Positions 48,624 through 59,975 are shown, counted from the first letter of the stretch. The stretch: DNA of 64,000 nucleotides from Candidatus Omnitrophota bacterium (GCA_018825985.1 JAHKAP010000024.1:3095-67094), one strand, 5' to 3'. Program-made: numbers and translations. Notes: generated by a model from the sequence alone, not told the origin.

Positions 48624-49105
48624 TTTTTAATTCCTCCATTTACCAAAACTATCGCATAGGCAGCTATAGCTTTTTTACCGCCGATATCACCTAATCCTTC
48701 ATTGGTTTTGGCTTTTACGCTGATCATTTGCGGGTTAACCCCTAAAGCCCGGGCAATTATCTTTTGCATCATCTTCCTATAAGGAATTATCTTCGGCTCT
48801 TCGGCAATAATTATGGTATCGATATTATTGATCGAAAATTTATTCTTTTTAATTAAGGCATTTACTTTTTTTAATAAGTCCAGGCTTGAGGCATTACGGT
48901 ATTGGGGATCAGTGTCCGGGAAATGAGCTCCGATATCTCCCAATGAAACCGCGCCTAATAAAGCATCGCTTATGGCATGTAAAAGGACGTCCGCGTCAGA
49001 ATGTCCCATAAGCCCCTTAGAATGAGGAATCTCAAGGCCACCTAAAATTAATTTTCTACCCTTGACTAAACGATGGATATCGTATCCTAAACCAATTCTT
49101 ATCAT
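48620..49105 (-). CDS. ispF: MEcPP synthase
   Basis: [27 protein letters not shown]. Confidence 0.97.
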   Translation of the reverse strand: MIRIGLGYDIHRLVKGRKLILGGLEIPHSKGLMGHSDADVLLHAISDALLGAVSLGDIGAHFPDTDPQYRNASSLDLLKKVNALIKKNKFSINNIDTIIIAEEPKIIPYRKMMQKIIARALGVNPQMISVKAKTNEGLGDIGGKKAIAAYAIVLVNGGIKK

Positions 49106-49160
49106 AATAATTAACTAGGTATAGGAAAAGGTATAGGTATAGAAAAGATTAACCAACCGG

Positions 49161-49898
49161 TTATTTACCTTTACCTCTACCTTTACCTTTACATTTACTT
49201 AGTATTGCTTCTGCGATTACTAAATCTTCCGGGGTAGTTATCTTAATATTAAAATATGATCCTTTGACTATCCTTACCGGATGTTCAAGTCTTTCCACCA
49301 GCATCGCGTCATCAGTAACATCCTGGCAGTTAAAATTTTCATAAGCCCTTAAAATTAAATCCTTTTTAAATACCTGGGGTGTCTGGATCTCCCACAGGCC
49401 ACTCCGGTCTATAGTCTCAACTACGACTACCGAACCTGGTGTATTTGTGTCCTGGTGTCTTTGTATCCTGGCGCCCTTTTTAATAGTCGATTTCAGCGGC
49501 ACTCCAGCAATCGCAGCGCCATATTTATTAGCCGCTCTTACAACCGAATCCACTATCCTTTTATCAATAAACGGCCGCCCACAATCATGGATCAAAACCA
49601 GGTCCGTTTTGTCGTCTAATGCCTTAAGCCCCTTATAAACCGAATCCTGCCTGCGGGCCCCGCCTTCAACCATCCGGCTAATTTTAGGAATACGGTATTT
49701 ATTTACTGCCCCCGCTATCTTCCCGCGGTTTAAAGAATTCACCACCAGAATGATCTCTTTAATCAAGGGATGCCGGCTTAGAATATCCAGCGAATAGATT
49801 ATGACCGGACGGGAATTGAGCCGAACCACCGGCTTAGGTAGTCTGGACCTGAATCTCTCACCCTTGCCCGCGGCCAGAACTATAGCTGATAAATACAT
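49161..49898 (-). CDS. ispD: MEP cytidylyltransferase
   Basis: LAAGKGER, GGARRQDSV, IHDCGRP, QTPQ, KITTPEDL. Confidence 0.96.
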   Translation of the reverse strand: MYLSAIVLAAGKGERFRSRLPKPVVRLNSRPVIIYSLDILSRHPLIKEIILVVNSLNRGKIAGAVNKYRIPKISRMVEGGARRQDSVYKGLKALDDKTDLVLIHDCGRPFIDKRIVDSVVRAANKYGAAIAGVPLKSTIKKGARIQRHQDTNTPGSVVVVETIDRSGLWEIQTPQVFKKDLILRAYENFNCQDVTDDAMLVERLEHPVRIVKGSYFNIKITTPEDLVIAEAILSKCKGKGRGKGK

Positions 49899-49908
49899 TA
49901 GATTTCTA

Positions 49909-50889
49909 TTACCTAGAGAATTTTGTAAATACCATCCTGCCAGCAGGGGTCTGCAGTACCGAAGTAACTGCCACCCTTACTTCCTGGCCGATAAGTTTAC
50001 GGCCCTCTTCCACCACCACCATTGTCCCGTCATCCAGATAACCGATAGCCTGATTAAATTCTTTTCCTTCTTTGATCAATCTGATCTGGATCTGTTCTCC
50101 GGGAAATACCACTGATTTCAAGGCATTGGATAATTCATTAATATTCAGCACCTTTACTCCCTGAATACTGGCTACCCGGTTAAGATTAAAATCTACTGTC
50201 AGTATCTTAGCTTCCAGTAGTTTAGCCAGCCTTACTAATTTTGCGTCAACTTCCCGAACCTCCGGAAAATCATCCTCATTAACGCTAACAATAAGCTTTT
50301 CTTCCTTTTGAATAGTATTGAGGATCTCCAGTCCGCGCCTGCCCCGCTGGCGCTTTATCGGATCAGTAGAATCAGCGATCTGCTGGAGCTCCTTTAAAAC
50401 AAACCTAGGGATAATGATCCTTGCTTCCAAAAATCCTGTTTTTAGAATATCGGTGATCCTGCCGTCAACAATCACACTAGTATCCAAAATCACCTTTTCC
50501 TCTGCCTGATCCTGCCGGCGCAACCTTATATAAGGAATAACCAAGCTGAATTCGTCCTGCCCCCGCAAGGCAATAATCATACATAGATAACACAAAACAA
50601 CAGTCAGGGCTACTTTCAAAAAAGATAACATAATATTGGGCATGGGAGTCAAGGATATTGCATCTCCGATAAGTTTAGACATGATCAACCCCAGGATCAG
50701 CCCGAAGACACCACTTGAGAGCCCGCGGGTAGAAACCCGACGCATACCCATCTCAAGAATAATTATCAGTAGACTCGCGGCAATGCCTAATAGCGCGCCC
50801 AAAAGCGCGTTACCCATAGGCTCCATTGCAACATAACCCACGAACAGACTAAAAAAAACAAAAATAATTCTTACAGATAAAACATTCAT
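49909..50889 (-). CDS. yacL: Membrane PIN/TRAM domain protein (YacL family)
   Basis: Four TM helices, [14 protein letters not shown] motif, [16 protein letters not shown] motif. Confidence 0.92.
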   Translation of the reverse strand: MNVLSVRIIFVFFSLFVGYVAMEPMGNALLGALLGIAASLLIIILEMGMRRVSTRGLSSGVFGLILGLIMSKLIGDAISLTPMPNIMLSFLKVALTVVLCYLCMIIALRGQDEFSLVIPYIRLRRQDQAEEKVILDTSVIVDGRITDILKTGFLEARIIIPRFVLKELQQIADSTDPIKRQRGRRGLEILNTIQKEEKLIVSVNEDDFPEVREVDAKLVRLAKLLEAKILTVDFNLNRVASIQGVKVLNINELSNALKSVVFPGEQIQIRLIKEGKEFNQAIGYLDDGTMVVVEEGRKLIGQEVRVAVTSVLQTPAGRMVFTKFSR

Positions 50890-50973
50890 ATAATATTACC
50901 TCCTCCTGCAGAAAACACGACCCCCGACCATCCGATAGGCCGGAGTGTTATAATTAATAAGCGAGCCCATCCT

Positions 50974-52359
50974 CTACGTCCGGGCGCCCAATGCTATATC
51001 AAGAGCCTCTTTTAAAGTTGAAACTGGAACTGCTTCAATCGCGTCTTTTTTATATTCCAGATTCTTAAAATTACTCTTTGGAATGATACAATGCTTAAAG
51101 CCTAACTTTAACGCCTCATTGATCCTTAATGAAACCTGGGAAGCGCTCCTTACTTCTCCGGCTAAACCCACTTCTCCTAACACAATCGTATCGCTTGGAA
51201 TATTCTTCTCACTAAATGCTGACGCAACAGCCAGAGCCACTGCCAGGTCAGCTGCCGGGTCTTCGATCTTTATCCCTCCGGCAACATTAACAAAAATATC
51301 CTGAGATTCTAATCCAAAACCCATCCTTTTTTCCAAAACTGCGGCTAACAAGCCTAAGCGATTATAATCAAACCCCTGGGCCCGGCGCAAAGGATAGCCA
51401 AAATTGGTTTTACTTACCAGAGACTGGATCTCGACTAATAAAGGACGGCTCCCTTCCAGGACCGGAACCACAACCGTTCCGGAGGCCTCTTTTGCCCTTT
51501 CAGAAAGAAAGATCTCTGAAGGATTCTCTACTTCTTTTAACCCGGCAGAGCCCATTTCAAATACTCCGATCTCATTAGTTGAGCCAAACCTGTTCTTTAC
51601 CGCCCTTAGGATCCTATAGACCGCGAATCTGTCTCCCTCAAAATAAAGCACCGTATCAACTATATGTTCCAGTACTCTTGGGCCGGCAATCGTCCCTTCT
51701 TTAGTAACATGCCCGATTATAAAAATAGAAATCCCGGTGGTCTTGGCGATCTGGGTCAAAAGACTAGCGCATTCCCTGACTTGACTGACACTGCCGGCTG
51801 CCGAACTTATCCGGGGGTCAAAAACCACCTGTATAGAATCTATTATTACCAAATCCGGTTTTAGTTTCTGTATATACTCGATAATTAGAGAGAGATCGGT
51901 CTGATTAACAATATATAAAGCTTCTTCTTTAGGCCCGAGCCCTAAGCGTTTAGCCCTGAGCTTGGTCTGGGCTACTGATTCCTCACCGCTTATATAAAGA
52001 ACTTTTTTACCTTGCTGGGCGATATGATTAGAGATCTGCAATGAAATAGTGGATTTGCCTATCCCAGGGTCTCCGCCGATCAAAACCACAGAACCTAAAA
52101 CAATTCCCCCGCCTAATACCCGGTCCAATTCCTTGATCTCTGTCTTGATCCGGTTGGTATCCTTGATCACAACGTCTTTAAGCAGGACCGGTTCCTCTTT
52201 ATAAAGGCTGGATTTTTCTTTGGACTTCAGCGGGATGTCCGAAAAATCTTCCTCCACAAAAGTATTCCAGTTGCCGCAATCCGGGCATTTACCCAGCCAT
52301 TTTGGCGACTGATAACCACAACTCTGGCAGCTGAATATAGTCCTGATCCTGGTAACCAT
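50974..52359 (-). CDS. radA: DNA repair protein RadA/Sms
   Basis: C4 zinc finger, GDPGIGKST, KNRFG. Confidence 0.97.
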   Translation of the reverse strand: MVTRIRTIFSCQSCGYQSPKWLGKCPDCGNWNTFVEEDFSDIPLKSKEKSSLYKEEPVLLKDVVIKDTNRIKTEIKELDRVLGGGIVLGSVVLIGGDPGIGKSTISLQISNHIAQQGKKVLYISGEESVAQTKLRAKRLGLGPKEEALYIVNQTDLSLIIEYIQKLKPDLVIIDSIQVVFDPRISSAAGSVSQVRECASLLTQIAKTTGISIFIIGHVTKEGTIAGPRVLEHIVDTVLYFEGDRFAVYRILRAVKNRFGSTNEIGVFEMGSAGLKEVENPSEIFLSERAKEASGTVVVPVLEGSRPLLVEIQSLVSKTNFGYPLRRAQGFDYNRLGLLAAVLEKRMGFGLESQDIFVNVAGGIKIEDPAADLAVALAVASAFSEKNIPSDTIVLGEVGLAGEVRSASQVSLRINEALKLGFKHCIIPKSNFKNLEYKKDAIEAVPVSTLKEALDIALGART

Positions 52360-53024
52360 TATTTTTTTTGAGGTTTATCCTTGGTCTTCCAAAAGAGTTT
52401 CCAGGGATGAGCCTTGATATCGCTAACCAGGGATTCCAAGTCAGCATAAATCTTATCGCCGTAAATAAGTTTGCCTAAAGAACCCTCCTGGCGCTTTATC
52501 CTCTCTATCCCATCATCGATATTTTTGCTCAAATCCTTTACACCGACCAGGACACCATCTAATTTGACCGCGATCGACTTTGCTAATTCTCCCATCTCTT
52601 GAGTAGCCATCGGGTCATTCCCGGATAATTCTCCATTATAGGGAATAAAATTAACCGCATCCTTGCCCGGCATGATCTCAATATACTTCTCACCTAAAAG
52701 ACCCAGGGTGTTTACCCAGACTGATGAATCAACCGGTATTTTGATATCCTGCTTGATCCAACCTACCAACCTGACTTTGGGGTTATTTCCATTACTGGAA
52801 GGCATTATGCCGACTTCGCGGATATCTCCGATATCCACGCCGGCAAACCTTACCGGAGCCCCAACCCTGACCCCATTGACAAAACTAAAGGTGAAATTTA
52901 TCTTATAGGTTGAAAAAATATTTTTAAAATCGCCGATCAGCAAAACAAACACAACCAGAATCAATATTCCTATAAAAACAAAAATACCCACTTTTAACTC
53001 TAATTTGCTCTTGCCGAATGTCAT
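52359..53024 (-). CDS. mlaD: MCE-domain protein MlaD
   Basis: N-terminal TM, GAPVRFAGVDIG, GLLGEKYIEI. Confidence 0.88.
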   Translation of the reverse strand: MTFGKSKLELKVGIFVFIGILILVVFVLLIGDFKNIFSTYKINFTFSFVNGVRVGAPVRFAGVDIGDIREVGIMPSSNGNNPKVRLVGWIKQDIKIPVDSSVWVNTLGLLGEKYIEIMPGKDAVNFIPYNGELSGNDPMATQEMGELAKSIAVKLDGVLVGVKDLSKNIDDGIERIKRQEGSLGKLIYGDKIYADLESLVSDIKAHPWKLFWKTKDKPQKK

Positions 53025-53061
53025 TATTTACCTCCATTATTAGCAAGGATTCATTATTTTT

Positions 53062-53180
53062 ATCAACTCTGGAAATCTCTCATAGAAATACCTGATTACA
53101 CAGATTTATTAAACGGATTTCACGGATTATTCTAAGAAGTTTTTAATCTGCGTAATCTGCTTCTTAATCGGCGAAATCAT
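53062..53180. repeat. Nonamer-period (GATTNCNNA/AATCTGCGT) inverted repeat region
   Basis: gattacacagatt...ggatttcacggatt facing aatctgcgtaatctgc...aatcggcgaaatc; related regions at 53975-54065 and 60666-60730. Confidence 0.6.
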
Positions 53181-53201
53181 AAATTTGTTTTTTTAAACCG
53201 C

Positions 53202-53954
53202 TCAATCTTCAGTAATCGGGCCCTTGGCTAAACCATTAATAAACTGATGCACAAAGGGATCCCGGGAATTCTGAATCTCTTCCGGACTACCTTCAACAAT
53301 GATCTTTCCTTTATACAACATCGCTATCCGGTCGCCGATCTTATAGGCGCTCTTCATATCATGGGTGACCACGATAGAAGTTACTTTCAATTTATCCTGA
53401 AGGCTCTTGATCAACTCATTGATACTATCCGCGGTGATCGGGTCAACTCCGGTAGTTGGTTCATCATAAAGAATAATCTCCGGGTGCATACAAATCGCCC
53501 TGGCTAGGGCAACGCGTTTACGCATCCCACCGCTGAGCTCAGAAGGCATAAGATGGGAGATGCCGAAGAGGTCCACTAACGATAACGCTTCTTTGATCTT
53601 TTTATCTAATCCAACGCCTTCGGCCAGGTTATGCTCAATCAACTCAAAACCAACATTTTCGCCTACGCTCAGAGAATCAAACAAGGCCCCGCCTTGAAAA
53701 ACCATATTCATCTTAAATATGATCTTATTAAAGTCTGCCCTGGACGTCTGCCAGATATCCTGGCCGTTGACCAGGACACTGCCGCTATCCGGATTCAATA
53801 TCCCGATAATATGTTTTAGTAAAACACTCTTACCGCAACCGGAACGGCCGATAACCACCAGGGTTGAGCCTTTTTCTATAATAAGGTTTAAATTGTTCAG
53901 GACCTGGTGGTCATTAAACGATTTATTCAGGTTTTTTAATTCTATGATCGCCAT
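53202..53954 (-). CDS. mlaF: MlaF-type ABC ATPase
   Basis: GRSGCGKS, FQGGALFDS, LSGGMRKRVALARA. Confidence 0.9.
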   Translation of the reverse strand: MAIIELKNLNKSFNDHQVLNNLNLIIEKGSTLVVIGRSGCGKSVLLKHIIGILNPDSGSVLVNGQDIWQTSRADFNKIIFKMNMVFQGGALFDSLSVGENVGFELIEHNLAEGVGLDKKIKEALSLVDLFGISHLMPSELSGGMRKRVALARAICMHPEIILYDEPTTGVDPITADSINELIKSLQDKLKVTSIVVTHDMKSAYKIGDRIAMLYKGKIIVEGSPEEIQNSRDPFVHQFINGLAKGPITED

Positions 53955-54089
53955 ATATTACTTTCAAAATACTAATGATATGATTCCAGAGATTCAAAAT
54001 CAGATTACTGAGATTATCTCTTTAGAGAATCGCTGGAATCTTTTTTATAATCGCTGTAATCAATATAATCGTATCTAAACTAAACTGCA

Positions 54090-54878
54090 TTATGGAAAGA
54101 TGAAATAAAATAAAGCTGTAAAGAAACAATCAAAGGCAATGATCAAGATAAAAGAAACTACTACTGACTTGGTGGTTGCCTTGCCAACGCCCTCTGCTCC
54201 GCCTTCTACGTTAAACCCCTGGTAACAGCTTACTAGAGCGATAAGCATACCGAAAACAATTGTTTTAGACAAACCCGTGATGAGGTCCTTGAATCTCAGG
54301 GCTTCGGTAGCGATATTCCAGTACATACTAGAGGTTATCCCTAATTTAAATACGCAGATCAACCAGCCTCCCAATATTCCGACAATATCGGCATACAAGG
54401 TTAAAATTGGAAGCATCAGGCCTAAAGCGATAAAGCGCGGTACTACCAGGTATTTTATCGGGTTGGTAGCCAGAGTAGAGAGGGCATCCACCTGTTCAGT
54501 AACCTGCATTGAGCCTATTTCAGCGGTAATCGCTGCCCCTACTCTTCCGGCAACTACCAGAGCGGTTATAACCGGGCCTAATTCCCTGACTATTGATAAA
54601 GCCACAATACTGGCTATATACATCTCAGACCCCAGGCGGGTCATTAGATAAGATATTTGAAAAGCAAAAATAACCCCGATAAAGAATGAGATCAACGAAA
54701 CTATCGGCAGGCTGTCGACGCCGGCTTTTTTAGCTTGTTCAAATATACGCCTGCGTTTTAACGGCGGCTTCAGAGCCTGATAAAAAGTCTGGAAAGTTAG
54801 GTAAGTCAGGCCTCCTAAAAAATAAATAAAAGAGATAAACTTAGCCCCTAAAATATGAAAGGTATATTTTAATTTCAT
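54090..54878 (-). CDS. mlaE: MlaE-type ABC permease
   Basis: RELGPV, AEIGSMQVTEQVDAL, GGAEGVGKATT. Confidence 0.92.
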   Translation of the reverse strand: MKLKYTFHILGAKFISFIYFLGGLTYLTFQTFYQALKPPLKRRRIFEQAKKAGVDSLPIVSLISFFIGVIFAFQISYLMTRLGSEMYIASIVALSIVRELGPVITALVVAGRVGAAITAEIGSMQVTEQVDALSTLATNPIKYLVVPRFIALGLMLPILTLYADIVGILGGWLICVFKLGITSSMYWNIATEALRFKDLITGLSKTIVFGMLIALVSCYQGFNVEGGAEGVGKATTKSVVVSFILIIAFDCFFTALFYFIFP

Positions 54879-54892
54879 CAGCTTACCCTGTT

Positions 54893-57316
54893 TTAGAGAA
54901 GACCTTCTTCAAAAACCAGTTCGGTATTACGCCTGGCTACTTTGATTATTGAACCTTCTTTAAATTTCTTGGAGATAATATCCGAGGATAAAGGATCTTC
55001 CAGAAATCTCTGGATGGTCCTTTTCAAAGGCCTGGCCCCGAATACCTGGTCAAAACCTTTTTCGATCAGAAAATCCTTAGCCTCCGGGCTGACCTCTAAA
55101 GAAAGTTTATGCTCTTTCAACCTCCCCACCAAAAACCCTATCTCAATATCAATGATCTTCTGCAGGTCTTCTTTAACCAAGGGCCTGAAGACAATGATAT
55201 CGTCGATACGGTTTAAAAACTCCGGTTTAAAAGTATGCTTTACTTCTTCCAGGAGTTTATCCTTCATTCCCTGATAGGTAACTTCATCTTTTTGGCTCTT
55301 AAAGCCGATCGATCCGGATTTACGGATCAACTCCGCTCCCACATTAGAGGTCATGATCATAATACAATTCTTAAAATCGACTTTACGGGCAAAACTATCG
55401 GTGAGCCGGCCTTCTTCAAAAACCTGAAGCAACAGGTTAAATACATCCGGATGGGCTTTTTCAATCTCATCCAAAAGTATTACTGAATACGGCCTGCGTC
55501 TTACTCTTTCGGTAAGCTGGCCGCCTTCTTCATAACCGACGTATCCCGGAGGAGCGCCGATCAACCGCGAGACATTGAATTTTTCCATATACTCGGACAT
55601 GTCCAATTGGATAAGTGAATCTTCATCGCCGAACATAAATTCCGCTAATGCCCGGGCTAAAAGAGTTTTACCTACGCCAGTCGGGCCCAGAAAAATAAAT
55701 GAACCGATCGGCCTTTTAGGGTCCTTGATACCGGCCCGAGACCTGCGCACCGCGTGGGCAATGGCGGATATCGCCTCTTCCTGCCCAACTACCCTGCGAT
55801 GCAATTCTTCTTCGATCTTTAATAATTTTTCGCCTTCTTTTTCTTCCAGCCTAAAAATAGGGATCCCGGTCCATTGCGCGACTATTTTAGCAATCTCCTC
55901 TTCGCCGACTTCCGGACGCATCTTATCCTTAGCCTGAGACCACTCCCGGTTAAAAGACTCCAATTCCTGGCGCACCTGCCTCTCCTGGTCCCTTAGGCCG
56001 GCTGCTTTCTCAAAATCCTGGGATTTAATATAAGTTTCTTTTTCTTTACGGATCGTCTCAACTTTTTCTTCCAGCTTTTTGATATCCGGAGGCACCACCA
56101 ATACATTCAACCTGGCTCTGGATCCGGCTTCATCCATCAGGTCAATGGCCTTATCCGGCATAAACCTTCCGGAGATATAGCGGTCAGACAATTTAGCCGC
56201 GGCCTCTAATCCCTGGTCGGTAAACACCACCCGGTGATGGGCCTCATACTTATCCCTTAATCCTTTGAGTATTTCAATGGTCTGATCTACAGACGGAGGC
56301 TCGACCATGATGATCTGAAATCTTCTTTCTAAAGCCGCGTCTTTTTCAATGTATTTACGGTATTCATCCAGGGTGGTGGCACCGATGCATTGCATCTCTC
56401 CCCGGGATAGCGCGGGCTTTAAAATATTTGAGGCATCAATCGCCCCTTCTGCGGCTCCGGCGCCAACCAAGGTATGGAGTTCATCGATAAAAATAATTAC
56501 GTCCTGCGAACGCTTGATCTCCTCCATTACCGCCTTGATTCTTTCTTCAAACTGGCCGCGGTATTTTGTCCCGGCAACCATTAAAGCCAGGTCCAAAACC
56601 ACTAAACGCTTATGCCTTAATATTTCCGGAACATTGCCCTGTATAATGTCCTGAGCCAGGCCTTCGACTATAGCTGTCTTTCCTACGCCAGCCTCGCCTA
56701 ATAGTACCGGATTATTTTTAGTCCTACGGCTTAAAATCTGGATAACTCTTTCGATCTCATTGCGCCGGTTGATTACCGGATCAAGTTTGTCATCTTTAGC
56801 CAAAGCAGTGAGGTCCCGGCCAAAAGCATCCAATGCCGGAGTCTTAGTTTTAGCCTGGTTCTGATTAACCCCGGGCAATACCGAACCCAAAACCTCCATT
56901 ACTTTATTCCTGACCGTATTTAGATCCACCCCTAAATTCAACATTACCTGCGAAGCTACGCCTTCTTCTTCTCTGATCAAACCTAATAGTAAATGCTCAG
57001 TGCCGATGTAATTATGTCCAAGTGCCCTGGCCTCTTCAGCTGCCAATTCCAGGGCTTTTTTGGCCCTGGGAGTAAAAGGAATATCCCCGATGATTTGAGT
57101 AGTCGGACCTGGCTGGACTAATTTTTCAACTTCCAGGCGGATATTCTCCAAAGATATCCCTAACTTTTCCAACACCGTAGCAGCTACCCCTTCCCCTTCC
57201 CTGATCAGGCCTAAAAGAATATGCTCGGTGCCTATGTAATCATGATTAAAGCGCCTGGCTTCTTCTTTAGCTAATATAATTACTTTTCTCGCTCTTTCAG
57301 TGAAACGATTGAACAT
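54893..57316 (-). CDS. clpC: ClpC AAA+ chaperone
   Basis: Clp N repeats, [11 protein letters not shown] coiled coil, GPTGVGKT. Confidence 0.97.
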   Translation of the reverse strand: MFNRFTERARKVIILAKEEARRFNHDYIGTEHILLGLIREGEGVAATVLEKLGISLENIRLEVEKLVQPGPTTQIIGDIPFTPRAKKALELAAEEARALGHNYIGTEHLLLGLIREEEGVASQVMLNLGVDLNTVRNKVMEVLGSVLPGVNQNQAKTKTPALDAFGRDLTALAKDDKLDPVINRRNEIERVIQILSRRTKNNPVLLGEAGVGKTAIVEGLAQDIIQGNVPEILRHKRLVVLDLALMVAGTKYRGQFEERIKAVMEEIKRSQDVIIFIDELHTLVGAGAAEGAIDASNILKPALSRGEMQCIGATTLDEYRKYIEKDAALERRFQIIMVEPPSVDQTIEILKGLRDKYEAHHRVVFTDQGLEAAAKLSDRYISGRFMPDKAIDLMDEAGSRARLNVLVVPPDIKKLEEKVETIRKEKETYIKSQDFEKAAGLRDQERQVRQELESFNREWSQAKDKMRPEVGEEEIAKIVAQWTGIPIFRLEEKEGEKLLKIEEELHRRVVGQEEAISAIAHAVRRSRAGIKDPKRPIGSFIFLGPTGVGKTLLARALAEFMFGDEDSLIQLDMSEYMEKFNVSRLIGAPPGYVGYEEGGQLTERVRRRPYSVILLDEIEKAHPDVFNLLLQVFEEGRLTDSFARKVDFKNCIMIMTSNVGAELIRKSGSIGFKSQKDEVTYQGMKDKLLEEVKHTFKPEFLNRIDDIIVFRPLVKEDLQKIIDIEIGFLVGRLKEHKLSLEVSPEAKDFLIEKGFDQVFGARPLKRTIQRFLEDPLSSDIISKKFKEGSIIKVARRNTELVFEEGLL

Positions 57317-57358
57317 TACTTCCTCCCTTTAATGAGCAGAAGATTTATGGAGTATTCC

Positions 57359-57513
57359 TTACGACATAAATCGTAGGCCGCAAGGCCGTCTGCGAATTAA
57401 TCCCGCTCTTTTGGAATAACTTCCATATATCACGCCAAAAGGGCGGGATAAGTTCGGACATATAAGTTATGTAGCCTATGCTGCCATTAATATACTGCTT
57501 CATAACTTATGTC
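57359..57513. repeat. Stack of hairpins between mcsB and clpC
   Basis: atcccgctcttttgg/ccaaaagggcgggat (57400-57449), ggacatataagttatg/cataacttatgtcc (57456-57513), plus two small stems. Confidence 0.65.
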
Positions 57514-57518
57514 CTCAC

Positions 57519-58571
57519 TTATTGTTTGACTAATTTCTTACGGATTATCTCGGCCCTTTTAATATCCCTCTCCTGGGCCGTAAGCTTATTATTCTCTATT
57601 TTTTGTAAATGCGCCGGCTGGATCACGATAAATAGTTCATTCACCTGCCTGCGGTCAAGATCCTTAATGATACCCAAATCGCATCCCAGCCTGAGCATTG
57701 ATAATAATTCTATAGTCTCCTGGCTTGAGATAATATAAGCGCTTTTTAAAATACCGAAACTACGGTTTATCTTATCCTCTAACATCGCCCGGTTACGGGA
57801 AACAAGAGTCTCCCTGGCCTGATTCTCCTGCTCAATGATCTGACGAATCAAGCCGTTGATATTTTCAATTATATCGGTCTCGCTATGTCCAAGAGAAACC
57901 TGATTTGAAACCTGAAAAAGATTTCCGCTGGCCTGCGTCCCTTCACCGTAGAGCCCGCGGGTAGTGAACTGTAATTTGGAGATTGCAGCCAAAACCTGAT
58001 TAACCTGATTAACCATAACCAAAGCCGGTAGATGCAGCATTACCGAACCGCGCATTCCGGTACCGGTATTAGTCGGACAGGCGGTTAAATAACCCCAATC
58101 CGGCAAAAAAGCAAAAGGCAATTCCTTAGCCAAAAAATCATCTATCGCGCTGATAATATTCCAGGCTTCAAAAAGATTAAAACCTGACTGCATTACCTGC
58201 GTTCGCATGTGGTCCTCTTCATTTATCATTATCGAAACTATTTCTTCCTCATCAATTACAACTGCCTTGGAGTCGCTCTTCTGGGCATGTTCATAAGACA
58301 TCAGATGCCTTTCGATCAAAAACTGTTTATCCACATTATCCAGATCGGCGAGCCTAAAAACAGTGGTCTTCTTTAATAGATCGATCTTGGAAACTGCTTC
58401 TTCTACCGCGTCCAAGACATCTTTGTTTTGTTTTTTATTTGCCCAATGCGGAAAAGCAATTTTATCTAAATTCCGGGCTAACCGGATCCGGCTGGATAAT
58501 ACGATATCCGAATGAGGCCCGGTGCCTTTGAGCCATTCGCTGCCGTGATTAACCAGGTCATTTAAATGCAT
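57519..58571 (-). CDS. mcsB: Protein arginine kinase
   Basis: SSRIRLARN, NEEDH, ACPTNTGTG, RGLYGEG. Confidence 0.96.
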   Translation of the reverse strand: MHLNDLVNHGSEWLKGTGPHSDIVLSSRIRLARNLDKIAFPHWANKKQNKDVLDAVEEAVSKIDLLKKTTVFRLADLDNVDKQFLIERHLMSYEHAQKSDSKAVVIDEEEIVSIMINEEDHMRTQVMQSGFNLFEAWNIISAIDDFLAKELPFAFLPDWGYLTACPTNTGTGMRGSVMLHLPALVMVNQVNQVLAAISKLQFTTRGLYGEGTQASGNLFQVSNQVSLGHSETDIIENINGLIRQIIEQENQARETLVSRNRAMLEDKINRSFGILKSAYIISSQETIELLSMLRLGCDLGIIKDLDRRQVNELFIVIQPAHLQKIENNKLTAQERDIKRAEIIRKKLVKQ

Positions 58572-58573
58572 CG

Positions 58574-59104
58574 CTATTCCTTGCCCTCTTTATTGTCAAT
58601 GGGAGATACTTTAGCCTTAATCTCTAATTCTTTGATCTGATCCCTAAGCTTAGCCGCCTCTTCAAATTTCTCCGCTTCAACCGCATCCTGTAGTTTATTT
58701 CGCAGGTCCTCAATGTCTATCCTCTCCTTAAGGTCCCCGGTTATTTTAGCGGGAGATTTTCCGATATGTTTATTAGCGCCATGGATCCTTTTTAGTAAAG
58801 GGCCCAGGTAACGCCGAAACGATGTGTAACATTCACTGCAACCAAGCCTTCCGATCTTCTTAAAATCCTTGAAGGCCAGCCCGCAGTTAGGGCATTTCAT
58901 ATTCAAGGTATTTTTATCTTCACCCTGGGGCTTGCCGAATTCAGCTAAGCCAGCCAAGAGGTCAGCCAAACCAAACTGTTGGTCCATCTGAGCGCTTTTC
59001 TGCCTGGCGCATTCTTCGCAAAGATGCAACTCCTTCATTGAATCATCAATGATCTCAGTAAGGTGTACCGTAGCCTGATTTTTAGAGCAAACGTCACAGA
59101 CCAT
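58574..59104 (-). CDS. mcsA: McsB activator (CxxC motifs plus UVR domain)
   Basis: Four CxxC motifs, GRLGC, FEEAAKLRD. Confidence 0.95.
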   Translation of the reverse strand: MVCDVCSKNQATVHLTEIIDDSMKELHLCEECARQKSAQMDQQFGLADLLAGLAEFGKPQGEDKNTLNMKCPNCGLAFKDFKKIGRLGCSECYTSFRRYLGPLLKRIHGANKHIGKSPAKITGDLKERIDIEDLRNKLQDAVEAEKFEEAAKLRDQIKELEIKAKVSPIDNKEGKE

Positions 59105-59105
59105 A

Positions 59106-59975
59106 TTAATATTTCACTCCGTCGGTTTTAGTCAACTGGTGGAATTTCTTGATCAAATTCATGGTTATTGGGCCGGGTTTTCCCGTTCCAATGACCCTGC
59201 CGTCTACTTTGACCACAGAAATAACCTCAGCTCCGGTGCCGGTTAAAAAACACTCGTCGGCAACATACAACTCATGCAGGGTAAATGGATTTTCTCTGGC
59301 CGGAAGTTTGATCTTTTCAGCTATCTCTAAGATAGCGTCCCGGGTAATCCCCCTCAAGGCCCCCATAGTCTCCGGAGGAGTAAAAAGAACTCCTTTGCGG
59401 ACAATAAAAATATTATCTCCTGTGCATTCAGCCACATAACCCTGGTCATTTAACATCAGGGCTTCGGCATAACCAGAATTACCGGCCTCGATCTTACCCA
59501 GGATATTATTCAGGTAATTTAAAGATTTGATCTGAGGATTTAAAGCCTCATGGGAACTGCGGGTAGTGGAAACCGTAATAATCGCCATTCCTTCTTTATA
59601 TAATTTTTCAGGGTAGAGCGCGATCTTATCGGCTATAATAATAACCGTGCCCCCTTTAGGGCATTTTCGCGGATCTAACCCTAAATCTCCTTCGCCGCGG
59701 GTAACGATCAGACGGATATAACCGTCTTTTAGATTATTTTCTTTGAGGGTTCTGACTACAGCCTTGATCATCTCTGGTTTAGTTAAAGGAATATTCAACA
59801 TTATCGAATGAGCTGATTCATATAAACGTTCAATATGCTCCTCTAATCTGAAAACCAGGCTGTTATATGAACGGATGCCTTCAAACACCCCGTCACCATA
59901 AAGCAGTCCATGGTCAAAAACCGATATTTTAGCATCCTCTTTTTCATAAAACTTACCGTTTATATAGATCTTCAT
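59106..59975 (-). CDS. ilvE: Branched-chain amino acid aminotransferase
   Basis: DHGLLYGDGVFEG, KSLNYL, GITR, GTGAEV. Confidence 0.93.
   Translation of the reverse strand: MKIYINGKFYEKEDAKISVFDHGLLYGDGVFEGIRSYNSLVFRLEEHIERLYESAHSIMLNIPLTKPEMIKAVVRTLKENNLKDGYIRLIVTRGEGDLGLDPRKCPKGGTVIIIADKIALYPEKLYKEGMAIITVSTTRSSHEALNPQIKSLNYLNNILGKIEAGNSGYAEALMLNDQGYVAECTGDNIFIVRKGVLFTPPETMGALRGITRDAILEIAEKIKLPARENPFTLHELYVADECFLTGTGAEVISVVKVDGRVIGTGKPGPITMNLIKKFHQLTKTDGVKY

Noticed and set aside
54942-56654. Several 80-120-aa plus-strand ORFs opposite clpC (and similar ones throughout the window)
   Set aside because: Antisense shadows of well-conserved genes, with no motifs or SD support
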